From NCBI GenBank assembly GCA_030603665.1, contig JAUVXJ010000003.1, positions 85,377 through 149,376 of the forward strand: 64,000 bases of DNA, given 5' to 3'. The DNA is from Chloroflexota bacterium (GTDB lineage: Bacteria; Chloroflexota; Anaerolineae; UBA7937; B3-Chlor). The notes below the pieces were generated by a model. That model had not been told where the DNA came from. It saw only the letters and a list, made by a program, of their open reading frames with translations, and searched no databases. Both the position numbers and the translations under genes were made by a program. Shown one piece after another: positions 10,219-19,926 of this stretch (position 1 is the stretch's first letter; each line of letters starts with the position of its first letter).

Positions 10219-10517
10219 CACCTAGCGTAATGAGAGAAACGGAATCATGAGAACCTGAACGCATAGCGCACGAAAACAGAGATGCGACGTCATTCCCCGC
10301 ACCGTCCAACCCAAGATTGCGGATGGTAGCGCCAAGGAGGCACTGCCCATGTAGAGACGCGCCTTCCGATGCTCAATAGCTTCAGGCAAGGCGCATTTTC
10401 TTTCTGCGGAACTGGAACCATACTCCACACTAAGACGTACGGAAAGGTGGGACACACACACCGACGACAGTCAGTGTCAACGATACGCGATAACTGCTAG
10501 ATCGAAAGGAGAGAACG

Positions 10518-11048
10518 ATGAGAAGGGTCAGCAAGTCCTGGATGGCCGCGGTGGCGGCCATACTCCTGGTGGGTACTCTGGTCGGTGTGGTCTGGGCCAG
10601 GCCCCATGATAGGCCGCAGGGTGCGGACATCACCCGCAAGGTCACCCTCACGGGTGCTGACTTCAATCCCGCCTTCTACGCTCACCTTTGGGATAACAAC
10701 GGCGAATCGGTGGAGTGCCAAGCCGCCGGCTGCAGCTTCACGGCTCCCGTGGTGTTTCCTTGCTTGCCCTCGGTCACCGTGGAGCGGATCAAGCTCCATG
10801 TGGCCGATAACCACGCGACCGCCCACGCCTCAGCCACGCTGCATCGCACATATCCACCCACAGGGGTTGACGTGTCGCTGGAATATGCTAAGTCCCCCAG
10901 TGGCACCAGCGGAGGTGTCAGGACTTACACCAGCCCCAACATCAACCAGATCGTGTGGCCCAGCCAAAGGGCCTACATCTCCCTGTGGATCAGCGGTACC
11001 AACATACAAGTCCACGGCGTGACGGTGGAGTACCACCGGAACATCTAG
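10518..11048 (+). CDS. Hypothetical secreted beta-rich protein
   Basis: AAGGAG RBS, Sec-type signal peptide, coding-like codon usage. Confidence 0.75.
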   Translation: MRRVSKSWMAAVAAILLVGTLVGVVWARPHDRPQGADITRKVTLTGADFNPAFYAHLWDNNGESVECQAAGCSFTAPVVFPCLPSVTVERIKLHVADNHATAHASATLHRTYPPTGVDVSLEYAKSPSGTSGGVRTYTSPNINQIVWPSQRAYISLWISGTNIQVHGVTVEYHRNI

Positions 11049-11164
11049 CCAACCGAGGCGCTCTACACAAGAGTAGCACCAGCAGCTCATCGGTCTTGGC
11101 GGTCCGCCTCTTCGTTCCACACGGGCTGACCGTGGGATGATGCTGCGCATTGGTCGCTGCGCCA

Positions 11165-11324
11165 CTCCGCGCGGGCCGACAACCGCTTCGGCCATCCAGA
11201 CGAGGTCACTCTGGAGAAGCTGGATGGTCTGCCCGTCTACCGGACCGATCAACAGGGCAACATCGAGCTGGTGACGGACGGCGCGGGATACTGGGTCCAG
11301 ACCGGGCGCTGAGTTCCCACCGCG
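11165..11324 (+). pseudogene. Direct repeat copy 2: duplicated comEC 3' fragment
   Basis: Encodes ADNRFGHPDEVTLEKLDGLPVYRTDQQGNIELVTDGAGYWVQTGR*, a diverged copy of the last ~45 ComEC residues. Confidence 0.9.
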
Positions 11325-11400
11325 GAACGCTTTGCGTAGCGAAGATATCACCATGACCATCGTGTTCAACCTGAGAGAATTGTGCACCGGGGGGTAAGCT

Positions 11401-12744
11401 ATGGCACACGTGCAAGGGGCAGATCAGTACTGGAATCCAGTGTTGGAGACTCTGCCCATAGAGAAGCTCTTGGAACTGCAACTGTTGAAGTTCAAGAGGA
11501 TCGTCCAGTGGGCGTACGACAACTCCAAGTTCCATCGGAGGCTCTACCGGGATGCGGGTCTGGAGCCGTGTGATATCAGAACCTGGGAAGATGTCGCGAA
11601 GGTGCCCAAGGTGGAGAAGGCGATGATGAGGGAGATCCAGAGGAAGGATCCCTTTCCCTACGGCGACATGCTCTGCGTCCCTCTGGAACAGGTGACCGAG
11701 TTCCACCAGACGAGCGGCACCACAGGCCAAGCGGTCTATCAGCCCGACACCTGGCAGGACTGGGAATGGTGGTCGGAATCCTGGTCGTACATCATGTACG
11801 CGCAGGGCTTCAGGGACACCGATCGCATCTTCATCCCCTTCGGCTACAACATCTTCGTCGCCTTCTGGGCAGGGCACTACGCTGGCGAGAAGATGGGCTG
11901 TGAAGTGGTGCCCGGCGGGGTGCTAGACACCGAGGCCCGCATTCTCAAGATGCAGGAACTGAAGGCCACGGGCCTGATGGCCACCCCGACGTACGTCTTG
12001 GGCATGGCTGACAAGGCGCGAGCCATGGGCATAGACCCCGCGCAAGACCTCTGCATCAGCAAGATCCTCTGTGCGGGCGAGCCGGGGGCCAGCATTCCCG
12101 CCACCAAGAGGCGGATCGAGGGCGCGTGGGGAGCGAAGGTGTATGACCACGTAGGCGCCACAGAGATCGGCGCCTGGGGCTATGAGTGTACCGCTCAACC
12201 CGGGGGGCTACATGTGAATGAAGCCCTGTTTCTGGTTGAGTTGGAAGACATGGACACCGGCGAGCTGATCACTGAACCGGGCAAGAGAGGCAAGCTGGTG
12301 ATGACCGCCTTCGATAGGCAGGCCCAGCCGTGCATTCGTTTCGATTCCAAGGACGTTGCTGAATGGGCGGACAAGCCATGCCCTTGTGGGCGTAGCTTCC
12401 GCTGGATCAAGGGGGGCGTCGTTGGTCGCGCCGATGATATCACCAAGGTCAAGGGTGTTCTGCTTGCTCCCTCAGCGATAGAGGAAGTGGTGAGGAGCTT
12501 CCCCGAGTTGAGCGACGAGTTCGAGGTAGAGGTGGCCAAGAAGGGCGACCTGGACGACATCACCCTGCGGGTCGAGTTGCTGCCTGAGGACGCCGGCAAC
12601 CGCGAGTCCGTAGAGGCCAGACTGGTCGACCAGCTGCGCCTTAAGACCAATCTGCGCTACAACATCGAGTTTTTTGACTATGGCACCTTGCCGCGGCACA
12701 CCCTCAAGGCCGAGCGGTTCAAGGATCTTCGGGCCAAGCACTAG
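11401..12744 (+). CDS. paaK: Phenylacetate-CoA ligase family protein
   Basis: HQTSGTTG, YDHVGATE, GRADDITKVKGV adenylate-forming motifs. Confidence 0.85.
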   Translation: MAHVQGADQYWNPVLETLPIEKLLELQLLKFKRIVQWAYDNSKFHRRLYRDAGLEPCDIRTWEDVAKVPKVEKAMMREIQRKDPFPYGDMLCVPLEQVTEFHQTSGTTGQAVYQPDTWQDWEWWSESWSYIMYAQGFRDTDRIFIPFGYNIFVAFWAGHYAGEKMGCEVVPGGVLDTEARILKMQELKATGLMATPTYVLGMADKARAMGIDPAQDLCISKILCAGEPGASIPATKRRIEGAWGAKVYDHVGATEIGAWGYECTAQPGGLHVNEALFLVELEDMDTGELITEPGKRGKLVMTAFDRQAQPCIRFDSKDVAEWADKPCPCGRSFRWIKGGVVGRADDITKVKGVLLAPSAIEEVVRSFPELSDEFEVEVAKKGDLDDITLRVELLPEDAGNRESVEARLVDQLRLKTNLRYNIEFFDYGTLPRHTLKAERFKDLRAKH

Positions 12745-12758
12745 GAGGGAGGGTGGCC

Positions 12759-12947
12759 ATGAGTGCTCAGACCGATAAGGAGATCCTGCAAGAGATGGAT
12801 CGCAGGATTCAGGCTATCAAGTCGGCAGCCCTGGAGCTGCAAGAACTCTCCGCTGGCGTCCAGGCTGTGTACAGGAACGCTGACCGAATCCTGGCCAGCG
12901 TGAAGATGCTGGAGATCAACGTCTCCGACGTGTTGGATCTGCTGTGA
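12759..12947 (+). CDS. Small hypothetical helical protein
   Basis: GGAGG RBS directly after paaK stop; amphipathic helices. Confidence 0.65.
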   Translation: MSAQTDKEILQEMDRRIQAIKSAALELQELSAGVQAVYRNADRILASVKMLEINVSDVLDLL

Positions 12948-13013
12948 TGACATGCCCGACGTAGCCACTCAGGGGATCTACCCGTCGCTTCCGCGCTGGT
13001 GGAGGCAACGATG

Positions 13014-14108
13014 TTATCCACTCCCCTTCTCGTCCAGGATGCACCCGTGCAGTTCGGCAAAGGTCTCTGGCGGCACGATATCAGTTCGGCGCTTGAGTCG
13101 CGCTGCATCGCTGGCACAGGGGATCGCGCACAGCCCGCAACCGATGCACACTTCCTCATCCACAGTGGGAAACTCGTCACCCATGACCAGCGCATCCACC
13201 GGGCAGGCTTCGACGCAGTCACCACAGCCGGCACACGCCTCCTCGTCAGTGGTGCGCAAGAAGTAGGTGGCCATGATGTCATCGCGCGACAATCGACGCC
13301 GAGCGATAGGACCCACGTTCCAACAGGCATGCTCACAACAGTTGCAGGTATGCTTGATTCCCTCCCGCGAGTTGTCAACCATGTGCACCAGACCACTCTC
13401 TTCAGCCAGACGGACAACGCCCAGTGCTTCATCAACGTCGATCTGGCGAGCCATGCCCCTTTCGATGACATACTCGGCCAACTCATCGTACTTCATGCAC
13501 ACTTCCAGTGGATGGTCGCAGACGGCCTTGCCCAGCAATTGAGCGGTCATGCGGCAGGAGCAGTGTGCCACTGCGATGGTGCGCGCCCGGCGGATCACCA
13601 CTTCCATCGCCTCATACGGATACACAGCCTGGAAGGGTCCTTTGACGGCCTGCTTGATGGGGATGTAGCGAAATGCTTTGGTCTCGCTGCCGTACGTCTC
13701 CTTGATCTCCGGCGAACGGAAATACTTGACCACACGCGCGGCCATGTCTTCAGAATGGTCCGTTCGCTCGCCCTTCCAGAAGAAGGCCTGGGGAAAGCCA
13801 TAACCCACCTGCTGGAGCGCGTAGCCCGTGTGCCCGTCGTCGGTGGGGCCAGAGAAGAGCAGCCCCCGTCTGGCTAGCTGATCCAGAGCGTGATCCACTT
13901 CCTCACGCGGTCGGCCCATGGTAGCGGCGACCTCCCCCGCCGTGGACAGTTCCAGCGGAATGCGCGTGTTGGGCACTCCGAGGGCCACCTCCGCCTCAGC
14001 CTCGCTGAAGTTGGCCCGCAAGATGCCCACCAATTCCTCCCTCAGCGGGTAGCCCATACCCAGCGCGTGCAAGTGGTGAGCCAGTTTGGTGTAAGGGTCA
14101 GAAGGCAT
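13014..14108 (-). CDS. 4Fe-4S dicluster domain protein with N-terminal HTH-like region
   Basis: CSCR, CNCCEHAC, and two CxxCxxCxxxC ferredoxin motifs. Confidence 0.85.
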   Translation of the reverse strand: MPSDPYTKLAHHLHALGMGYPLREELVGILRANFSEAEAEVALGVPNTRIPLELSTAGEVAATMGRPREEVDHALDQLARRGLLFSGPTDDGHTGYALQQVGYGFPQAFFWKGERTDHSEDMAARVVKYFRSPEIKETYGSETKAFRYIPIKQAVKGPFQAVYPYEAMEVVIRRARTIAVAHCSCRMTAQLLGKAVCDHPLEVCMKYDELAEYVIERGMARQIDVDEALGVVRLAEESGLVHMVDNSREGIKHTCNCCEHACWNVGPIARRRLSRDDIMATYFLRTTDEEACAGCGDCVEACPVDALVMGDEFPTVDEEVCIGCGLCAIPCASDAARLKRRTDIVPPETFAELHGCILDEKGSG

Positions 14109-14170
14109 TTCACCTCATCCTACTACACAGACTTAGGCGCCGCCATCCTTTCTTTGACTGGAAGCATCTT

Positions 14171-14665
14171 CAGGAATTGTCCAGCTTTGCGCCTCAGCTG
14201 TCAAGCCGAACGGTGTTCCCAGTCGTCAACTCGCCTTTTTCCCACCTTTTCCTTGCGGGAAGTGTGCTCGTTGTGATGGGCGCCCTCGCCCCTGTCGATT
14301 CGCGGGTCCTACTCTAGCGGAGCCATGGCCGCGACGGCGGGCAGGAAGAGCTGTTCATACAGTGTATCATGCTCATCTGGCGTGGAGACCAGGTACACAA
14401 AGTAGGCCTTGTCGCCATCTTCTGCCATCGCGAGGTCGGCCGCATTCCCCCCCGGTCTTTCAAACGAGTAGAAATCCCACGTGAAGTTGCCGACTTGCGC
14501 ACCACTGACCGGGTCCGGCGGCGGATCCAATCCCAGTTGCCCCATTATGGCGGCAAACAGCTCGGCAGCCGCACCCTGACTCGCCTCCAGGACGAAGTAG
14601 GTCGGGTCAAGCGCAGAACTGGCGCGCGCGAGATTTGCTGGCGCAAATTCCTCCCAGCCCACAGC
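14171..14665 (-). repeat. Repeat copy A: hydrolase C-terminal ~118 codons plus ~140 nt downstream spacer (gene fragment)
   Basis: Near-identical to 16979-17399 in coding part and to 15354-15500 in spacer part. Confidence 0.92.
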
Positions 14666-14820
14666 GACTCTGGAGCCCCTAGGGCCCGTACTGGCACCCT
14701 AAGGGACGATGGCTCACTAAGGACACATCGGGCGATCTTTGCTTGCGTTCTGTAGAGGAAGCGCCTGACGTGTCTACCTTTCCGAGCATGCGGCTACCGG
14801 GATACTAGGCGTGTGAAGCG

Positions 14821-14851
14821 CCACTGGCCCGACGTTTTGTCGGGCCAGTGG
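14821..14851. terminator. Stem-loop, probable terminator
   Basis: CCACTGGCCCGAC-gtttt-GTCGGGCCAGTGG perfect 13-bp inverted repeat. Confidence 0.6.
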
Positions 14852-14973
14852 TTCCCCTCGCACTCAGGTCAACAGTCGTGTTTACTGCTGTTGGCCTTTG
14901 TGGTGCACCATCTCTCCATGCAGACAGAAGATCCTGATTGCTCCTTGTCTTCTTTCCGTTCGGGTTATCCTTC

Positions 14974-15141
14974 TTAGTCGGACTTTATGAACGCGACAGC
15001 CGCCCCGCCAATGAACCAGATGCCAAGCATGAGGACCACAGCCACTGTCGGGGTGTAGGCATCGGTCATGAAGCCGACGAGTCCCGCGACGAGTCCGAGG
15101 GCGAATATCAGGCCACCAGCCGCTCTTTTGTTCAATTCCAC
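14974..15141 (-). CDS. Small two-TM membrane protein (55 aa)
   Basis: AGGAGG RBS before GTG at 15141; two hydrophobic segments. Confidence 0.65.
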   Translation of the reverse strand: MELNKRAAGGLIFALGLVAGLVGFMTDAYTPTVAVVLMLGIWFIGGAAVAFIKSD

Positions 15142-15353
15142 CGGTTTTTGCCTCCTTCCCATGAGAAGATTCGCTTTTCAGAGTAGTCCTTTTGTGTTCG
15201 TATCTGCCTGCACGGGTGACCACTCGGGCGAGGGGCTTTCATCGAAAAGACGCCTCAGAGCTCATGCGCCCTGACATGCTGGTATGAGGCGGAAAAGGAC
15301 TGTTCTTACCGAGGAGGCCTCGTAGCTGCGACCTCCTCTGCCGCGGACAGCTG

Positions 15354-15570
15354 CAGGCATTGTCCAGCTTTGCGCCTCAGCTGTCAAGCCGAACGGGGTT
15401 CCCAGTCATCAACTCGCCTTCTTCCTACCTTATCCTTGCGGGAAGCGTGCGCGTTGTGATGCACACCCTTTCCCTTGTCGATTCTCGGGGCCTACTCAAG
15501 CGGCACCAGCGCATCCACGGCGGGTAGAAGGACCGCCTCACATAGCGCGTCGCGCGCATCAGGTGGCTCC
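15354..15570 (-). repeat. Repeat copy B: diverged hydrolase 3' tip plus downstream spacer
   Basis: Encodes ...RDALCEAVLLPAVDALVPLE* versus ...RDTLYEQLFLPAVAAMAPLE*; spacer near-identical to 14171-14310. Confidence 0.88.
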
Positions 15571-15986
15571 TCGGCGTTAAGTAGACAGAACTGAGCACAA
15601 CGCTCGGCTCTGCCGCTACAGCACAGAGGAGGGCACCAGTCAAACAAAAAAGCCGACCACAATCGGCCAGCTTCTTGGACTTTCAATTATTGGGAGGCTC
15701 TTTAGGTGGTGGTTCGGTGGTCCCGTTCGCAACGAATGGGCACCAGCGTACCGCCATCGATGTTTGACTGGGAGGTGCCCGTGCTGTTCAAGCGCCGCGC
15801 GGCGGTGTGCGAGAAACTACTGCAAGAGATACCGGATTGACTTAAGTTGATGGTCTTACCCACTTTGCAGACAATGGGATTTCTATGTCAATATTCCCTT
15901 CCGCTTGTTCTATGATCCGATTCTATATGTAGCATATTCCAAGTTTCACGAAGAAAAATGGACAAGCATAGAATACTAAAAGAAGA

Positions 15987-16565
15987 TCAATTCTCAGGTC
16001 TATCTAGCCAGTATTTGAAGGCTATTAAGCCGACTAATGCTCCTGGAATACCGATAATGATTAATAACCACCCGATCATTTGGAGGTACGAATATACCCA
16101 GTAGGTATAAGGTTGACTGCCAAAAGGGGCATAGTAATTACCGTCAAGAGCAATATAGATACAATACGCTATAAATAGAAAGGGTCCAGCCCCGCCGCCT
16201 GCATTTCTTGTCTTATGATCCTTCTTTTCTCGCTCGTTAAACCACCTCTTTTCGTCAGCTGGCAATCGATGCCACCACAAATACCCTCCTAAACCAAAGA
16301 ATATTCCTCCAGGCAACCCAACAAACAACAACTCCCATAGAATCAGCTGCAAGAAGAAGCCTACAATCCAATACAAGCTCCATTGATCGAACGTCGCGGT
16401 ACCATGATTTCCAATAGGAGAGGTTTGGATATGCCAAATCAACACGATAACCGCCACAATGCACAGAACGATTGCAGCAGCTATCGCGAGAATAAATGCT
16501 TTCCAATGCTCTTTGATTCTCCCCTTCCAGTTTGTCTCAACACCATCTTCTTGGTCTTTTTCCAT
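15987..16565 (-). CDS. Hypothetical membrane protein, AT-rich (probably horizontally acquired)
   Basis: 192 aa, 4 TM segments, AAGGA RBS, visibly lower GC than flanks. Confidence 0.75.
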   Translation of the reverse strand: MEKDQEDGVETNWKGRIKEHWKAFILAIAAAIVLCIVAVIVLIWHIQTSPIGNHGTATFDQWSLYWIVGFFLQLILWELLFVGLPGGIFFGLGGYLWWHRLPADEKRWFNEREKKDHKTRNAGGGAGPFLFIAYCIYIALDGNYYAPFGSQPYTYWVYSYLQMIGWLLIIIGIPGALVGLIAFKYWLDRPEN

Positions 16566-16609
16566 AGTTCCTTAACACCCCTCTTTCTGCTTGATTCTGT
16601 TCTTACATT

Positions 16610-16800
16610 TCAATACAGATGAGTGGTTTTGTCAACTGCTGCAGTGAACCAATTCCAGGATTTCATTTCGGGTATTCTAGCACCTTTCAACAGAAGCCAC
16701 AACGCAAGCAGTATTTCCGCAATACCGGCAACCGCGGCACCCGGGGAAGTTATCGCTTTGAAGTAAGGAGTTACGTAACTTCGCAGGAAATCCCTTGTAT
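16610..16800 (-). pseudogene. C-terminal fragment of DUF4386-like membrane protein
   Basis: AGIAEILLALWLLLKG matches the typical DUF4386 C-terminus; no N-terminal part. Confidence 0.55.
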
Positions 16801-16818
16801 TCGATGACACCTAGTTCT

Positions 16819-16986
16819 TTAGAGAACAGGCAAATCGTCAGTGCCAAACCGTCCCTCTACAAGTTTGCCATTTACTATGCGATAGATGTCAACAGCCATA
16901 TTTGTCATCTTCTTGCCAGTAGGGGCTAGTCCATGAAATTCGCCTGCATGGGTCCCCGTATAGGTAGGGCGAACCCACACCTTATC
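16819..16986 (-). pseudogene. C-terminal half of SnoaL-like ester cyclase
   Basis: DKVWVRPTYTGTHAGEFHGLAPTGKK...DIYRIVNGKLVE; N-terminal half replaced by repeat copy C. Confidence 0.8.
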
Positions 16987-17043
16987 CTTGCGTGAAGCGT
17001 GCGCGTTGTCATGCACGCCCTCGCCCCTGTCGATTCGCGGGCC

Positions 17044-19017
17044 CTACTCCAGCGGAGCCATGGCCGCGACGGCGGGCAGGAAGAGCTGTTCATACAGCGT
17101 ATCACGCTCATCTGGCGTGGAGACGAGGTACACAAAGTAGGCCTTGTCGCCATCTTCTGCCAGCGCGAGATCGGCCGGATTCCCCCCCGGTCTTTCAAAC
17201 GAGTAGAAATCCCACGTGAAGTTGCCGACCTGCGCACTACTGACCGGGTCCGGCGGCGGATCCAATCCCAGTTGCCCCATTATGGCGGCAAACAGCTCGG
17301 CAGCCGCACCCGGACTCGCCTCCAGAACGAAGTAGGTCGGGTCAAGCGCAGAACTAGCGCGAGAGAGATTTGCTGGCGCAAGTTCCTCCCAGCCTACAGG
17401 GACGACGCCACTGAAGCCGCGCTCCTCGTCGGTGAAAGGTTCCAGCACCAACTCCGGCGCTTCGCCTGGCACATCGAAGACGACGCCGGGCATCTCCGCG
17501 ACGCACGCTGCGTCGGGCGCCTGGGTGGGGTCGTCGAAGAAGTCGCCGATGATGCTCCGGGCGCACTCAGTGGCACCAAGAACGTCATGGCCAACGCCGG
17601 GGAATTCGAAGAAGTAGCTGTTGCTCAGGTACCCGGCGACCAGTTGGCCATACTCCGGAGGTGTGACCGGGTCGAATTCGCCCTCCAATATCAAGGTAGG
17701 GATGTCGCTGACCAAGGGCTCCTTGACCCACGGGTCGGCCTCCTCGACCGGCCAGTTCTCACAGATGCCGAATATGCCGTATTCGATTTCGAACTCGGGG
17801 TCGACGCTGCTTGCCAGTTGCCTGGGCAATGCTGCTCTGACATTCAACAGATCCTCCGGCGTCCGGCCGATGAGGTCATCGGTGCAGAGCACGGACATCG
17901 TCATCCCCCGGGTCGTAAGGTCAAGGAGCAGCAGTCTGGTGCTGCTCAGTTGCGTCATGAGTTCATAGTCCCCATTGTACACATCGTAGATCGCCTGCGG
18001 CAGAACAGGGATGATCTGAGTAATGTAGAGGAAGGTCACCAGGTTGCCCAAGACCGCATCCCCGGTCAGTACGGCATCGTAGCTCTGGCCTTCTAGAGGG
18101 TTGGTGATGGTGATGGGAACAGGCTCCTCGTTCAGCTGGTCGATGGTATCGAAGAGCACGTCCTGGAGATCGGGGTACGCGCTGTTGCAGGCTTCGTCGG
18201 CCGCGCAGGCGTCAAGCATGCGCATGACGGCGTTGGCGGTGGTCGTCGATACAAAGATGCTCTTCTCCAGTGGCAGTACCGAGTTGATCGCCACGCTGCG
18301 TATGTCTTCCGGGTGGTCGCGCATGGTGGCCTGCGCCAGCAACGAGCCGTAAGACCCTCCGAACAGGTTGACCTGGTCGTAGCCCAGTGCGCTAGAGATG
18401 GCATTCACATCGGCGGCGTTCTCGATAGTATTGTAGGCCGACAGGTTGAATCCCTCACTCACCAGGCGATCACGGCAGGCCATCAGGGCGTCGAACACCG
18501 TTTCAACACCAACGTCAGGGTCTGGCTCATCGAGGATGTCATACATCGCCTCCAAGAACTCCGGGCACTCCAGCGCTGGTTCCGAGAGGCCCGTGCCGCG
18601 CTGATCGAAGATGATTAGGTCGCGATTAGGGTGAATGGGAGCAAGGACTTGCGCAAGGGCAAACGCGTTGTGCACGGTCTTCTCGCCGGGCCCGCCACTC
18701 AGCACAATCACCGGGTCGGGCTGGTGCTCATCGCTCTCGTCCTTAACTACGGCCACGGCCAGCTTGATCGTGGGCCCGTCAGGGTCAGTATGATCCTCGG
18801 GCACGATGACGAAGCCGCACTCGACCGGGGCACCTTCGGGGACGTCAAAGGGGCACGGGCCCTCCTCAAACGTGGCTACCGGTTCCGCGGTCGGCTGGAC
18901 GGTGGGAGTCGGCTCGACCGCTGGCGTCGCGGTCGGTTCGGGGGCACTCGTGGTGGCTCCGCCGCAGGCGGAAGCCAGCAACACGACGACTAGCAGGGCA
19001 AGTAGTACGTTTTTGAT
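17044..19017 (-). CDS. Alpha/beta hydrolase lipoprotein (TAP-like, S33 family) with extra C-terminal domain
   Basis: LASAC lipobox, PT linker, SGGPG, DQRGTG, GGSYG nucleophile, FDPVTP, GVGH; full signal peptide requires start at ATC 19017 (track start 18984). Confidence 0.88.
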   Translation of the reverse strand: MKNVLLALLVVVLLASACGGATTSAPEPTATPAVEPTPTVQPTAEPVATFEEGPCPFDVPEGAPVECGFVIVPEDHTDPDGPTIKLAVAVVKDESDEHQPDPVIVLSGGPGEKTVHNAFALAQVLAPIHPNRDLIIFDQRGTGLSEPALECPEFLEAMYDILDEPDPDVGVETVFDALMACRDRLVSEGFNLSAYNTIENAADVNAISSALGYDQVNLFGGSYGSLLAQATMRDHPEDIRSVAINSVLPLEKSIFVSTTTANAVMRMLDACAADEACNSAYPDLQDVLFDTIDQLNEEPVPITITNPLEGQSYDAVLTGDAVLGNLVTFLYITQIIPVLPQAIYDVYNGDYELMTQLSSTRLLLLDLTTRGMTMSVLCTDDLIGRTPEDLLNVRAALPRQLASSVDPEFEIEYGIFGICENWPVEEADPWVKEPLVSDIPTLILEGEFDPVTPPEYGQLVAGYLSNSYFFEFPGVGHDVLGATECARSIIGDFFDDPTQAPDAACVAEMPGVVFDVPGEAPELVLEPFTDEERGFSGVVPVGWEELAPANLSRASSALDPTYFVLEASPGAAAELFAAIMGQLGLDPPPDPVSSAQVGNFTWDFYSFERPGGNPADLALAEDGDKAYFVYLVSTPDERDTLYEQLFLPAVAAMAPLE

Positions 19018-19272
19018 CTTTCTTCACTCCTCTTCAATGTTGAATTCCCACGCCCGTAGCACGTTGGGCCGCTAGCGGCTAGCAACCCGGTATCACATTC
19101 AAGACGGGATACCCGCACCACCACTGCGGATGAACCAAGTACATCACTATCGCCGCGACGACGATGCCACCCGCTAGCAGAACAGCGCCCGCGATGACAA
19201 GCGGCTTGGATGGTTCCTGCCTTTGTCCGGAGAAAGCAGATCCAAGGCATAGGCCCACTGCTACTTCTATCG

Positions 19273-19884
19273 CTACGCTGGCTGTATGGGATACTTGCGC
19301 ACGAAGCGGACCAACATCACGCCACCCCACAGCGTAATGACGCCCCCTACCACCGTGAGTGCCAGCGCGAAGGGCGCGTGGAGTAGATACCCACCAACGA
19401 AGGCGACTGCGGTCAGCATGGCGTATGCATACAGGCGACCAAGCCCGGACAGCCAGGCAGCTACACCCATCACGAATGCTCCAGTCACTCCAAGGACAAC
19501 CATGAGGTATTCCCGTAGCCCTTCCAGGAACCCTACCGGAACACTCCCTGTAGACCGACCCCACAGCATTACCATGCCGGCCAGCAGAGCCAGGACCAGC
19601 ATGAGGACGATGAAGACACCTGCCCTCATCATGCCAGCAAGATGCTCCTTGGGGACCTCGACGTCGGGCAGGCGCCGAGCTGTGATCAACTTCTTGGCGG
19701 ACATCCAAATGGGCACCCATACAACGACCCACAGCGCCGCCAACGGGAAATCCGAATCCACCAGCATGGTCAGGCCGGCGAGCACAATCCCCAAGCCAAC
19801 CAGAAGATCCAATACACCATCCTCCTGGTAGCGCATGTAAGCCCGCTGCTCGCGCTCTTTCGAACCGACATTCTGTGCCATCAT
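19273..19884 (-). CDS. Hypothetical membrane protein (6 TM)
   Basis: RAYMRYQEDGVLDLLVG start, alternating TM helices, FVRKYP end. Confidence 0.75.
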   Translation of the reverse strand: MMAQNVGSKEREQRAYMRYQEDGVLDLLVGLGIVLAGLTMLVDSDFPLAALWVVVWVPIWMSAKKLITARRLPDVEVPKEHLAGMMRAGVFIVLMLVLALLAGMVMLWGRSTGSVPVGFLEGLREYLMVVLGVTGAFVMGVAAWLSGLGRLYAYAMLTAVAFVGGYLLHAPFALALTVVGGVITLWGGVMLVRFVRKYPIQPA

Positions 19885-19926
19885 GAACCCCCTTGCATGC
19901 TCGTCACGAGTCTCGTCTTGGCTGGA

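Noticed and set aside
10425-10490. GGAAAGGTGGGACAC resembling part of a c-di-GMP-I riboswitch
   Set aside because: Other conserved elements (GGCAAAC, GCAAAGC, P1 stem) not found
12999-13877. 292-aa plus-strand ORF and other long antisense ORFs (8126-9022, 16999-18096, 21422-22678, 38558-39796, 53391-54614, 61138-62232)
   Set aside because: Shadow frames opposite well-supported genes, expected in GC-rich DNA
14171-17399. CRISPR array or classical integron interpretation of the repeats
   Set aside because: Repeats are long, gene-derived and irregularly spaced; no cas or intI gene and no clear attC core sites
19079-19260. Hydrophobic reading frame ending ...YLVHPQWWCGYPVLNVIPGC*
   Set aside because: May be another gene remnant, but it has no credible start or family motif
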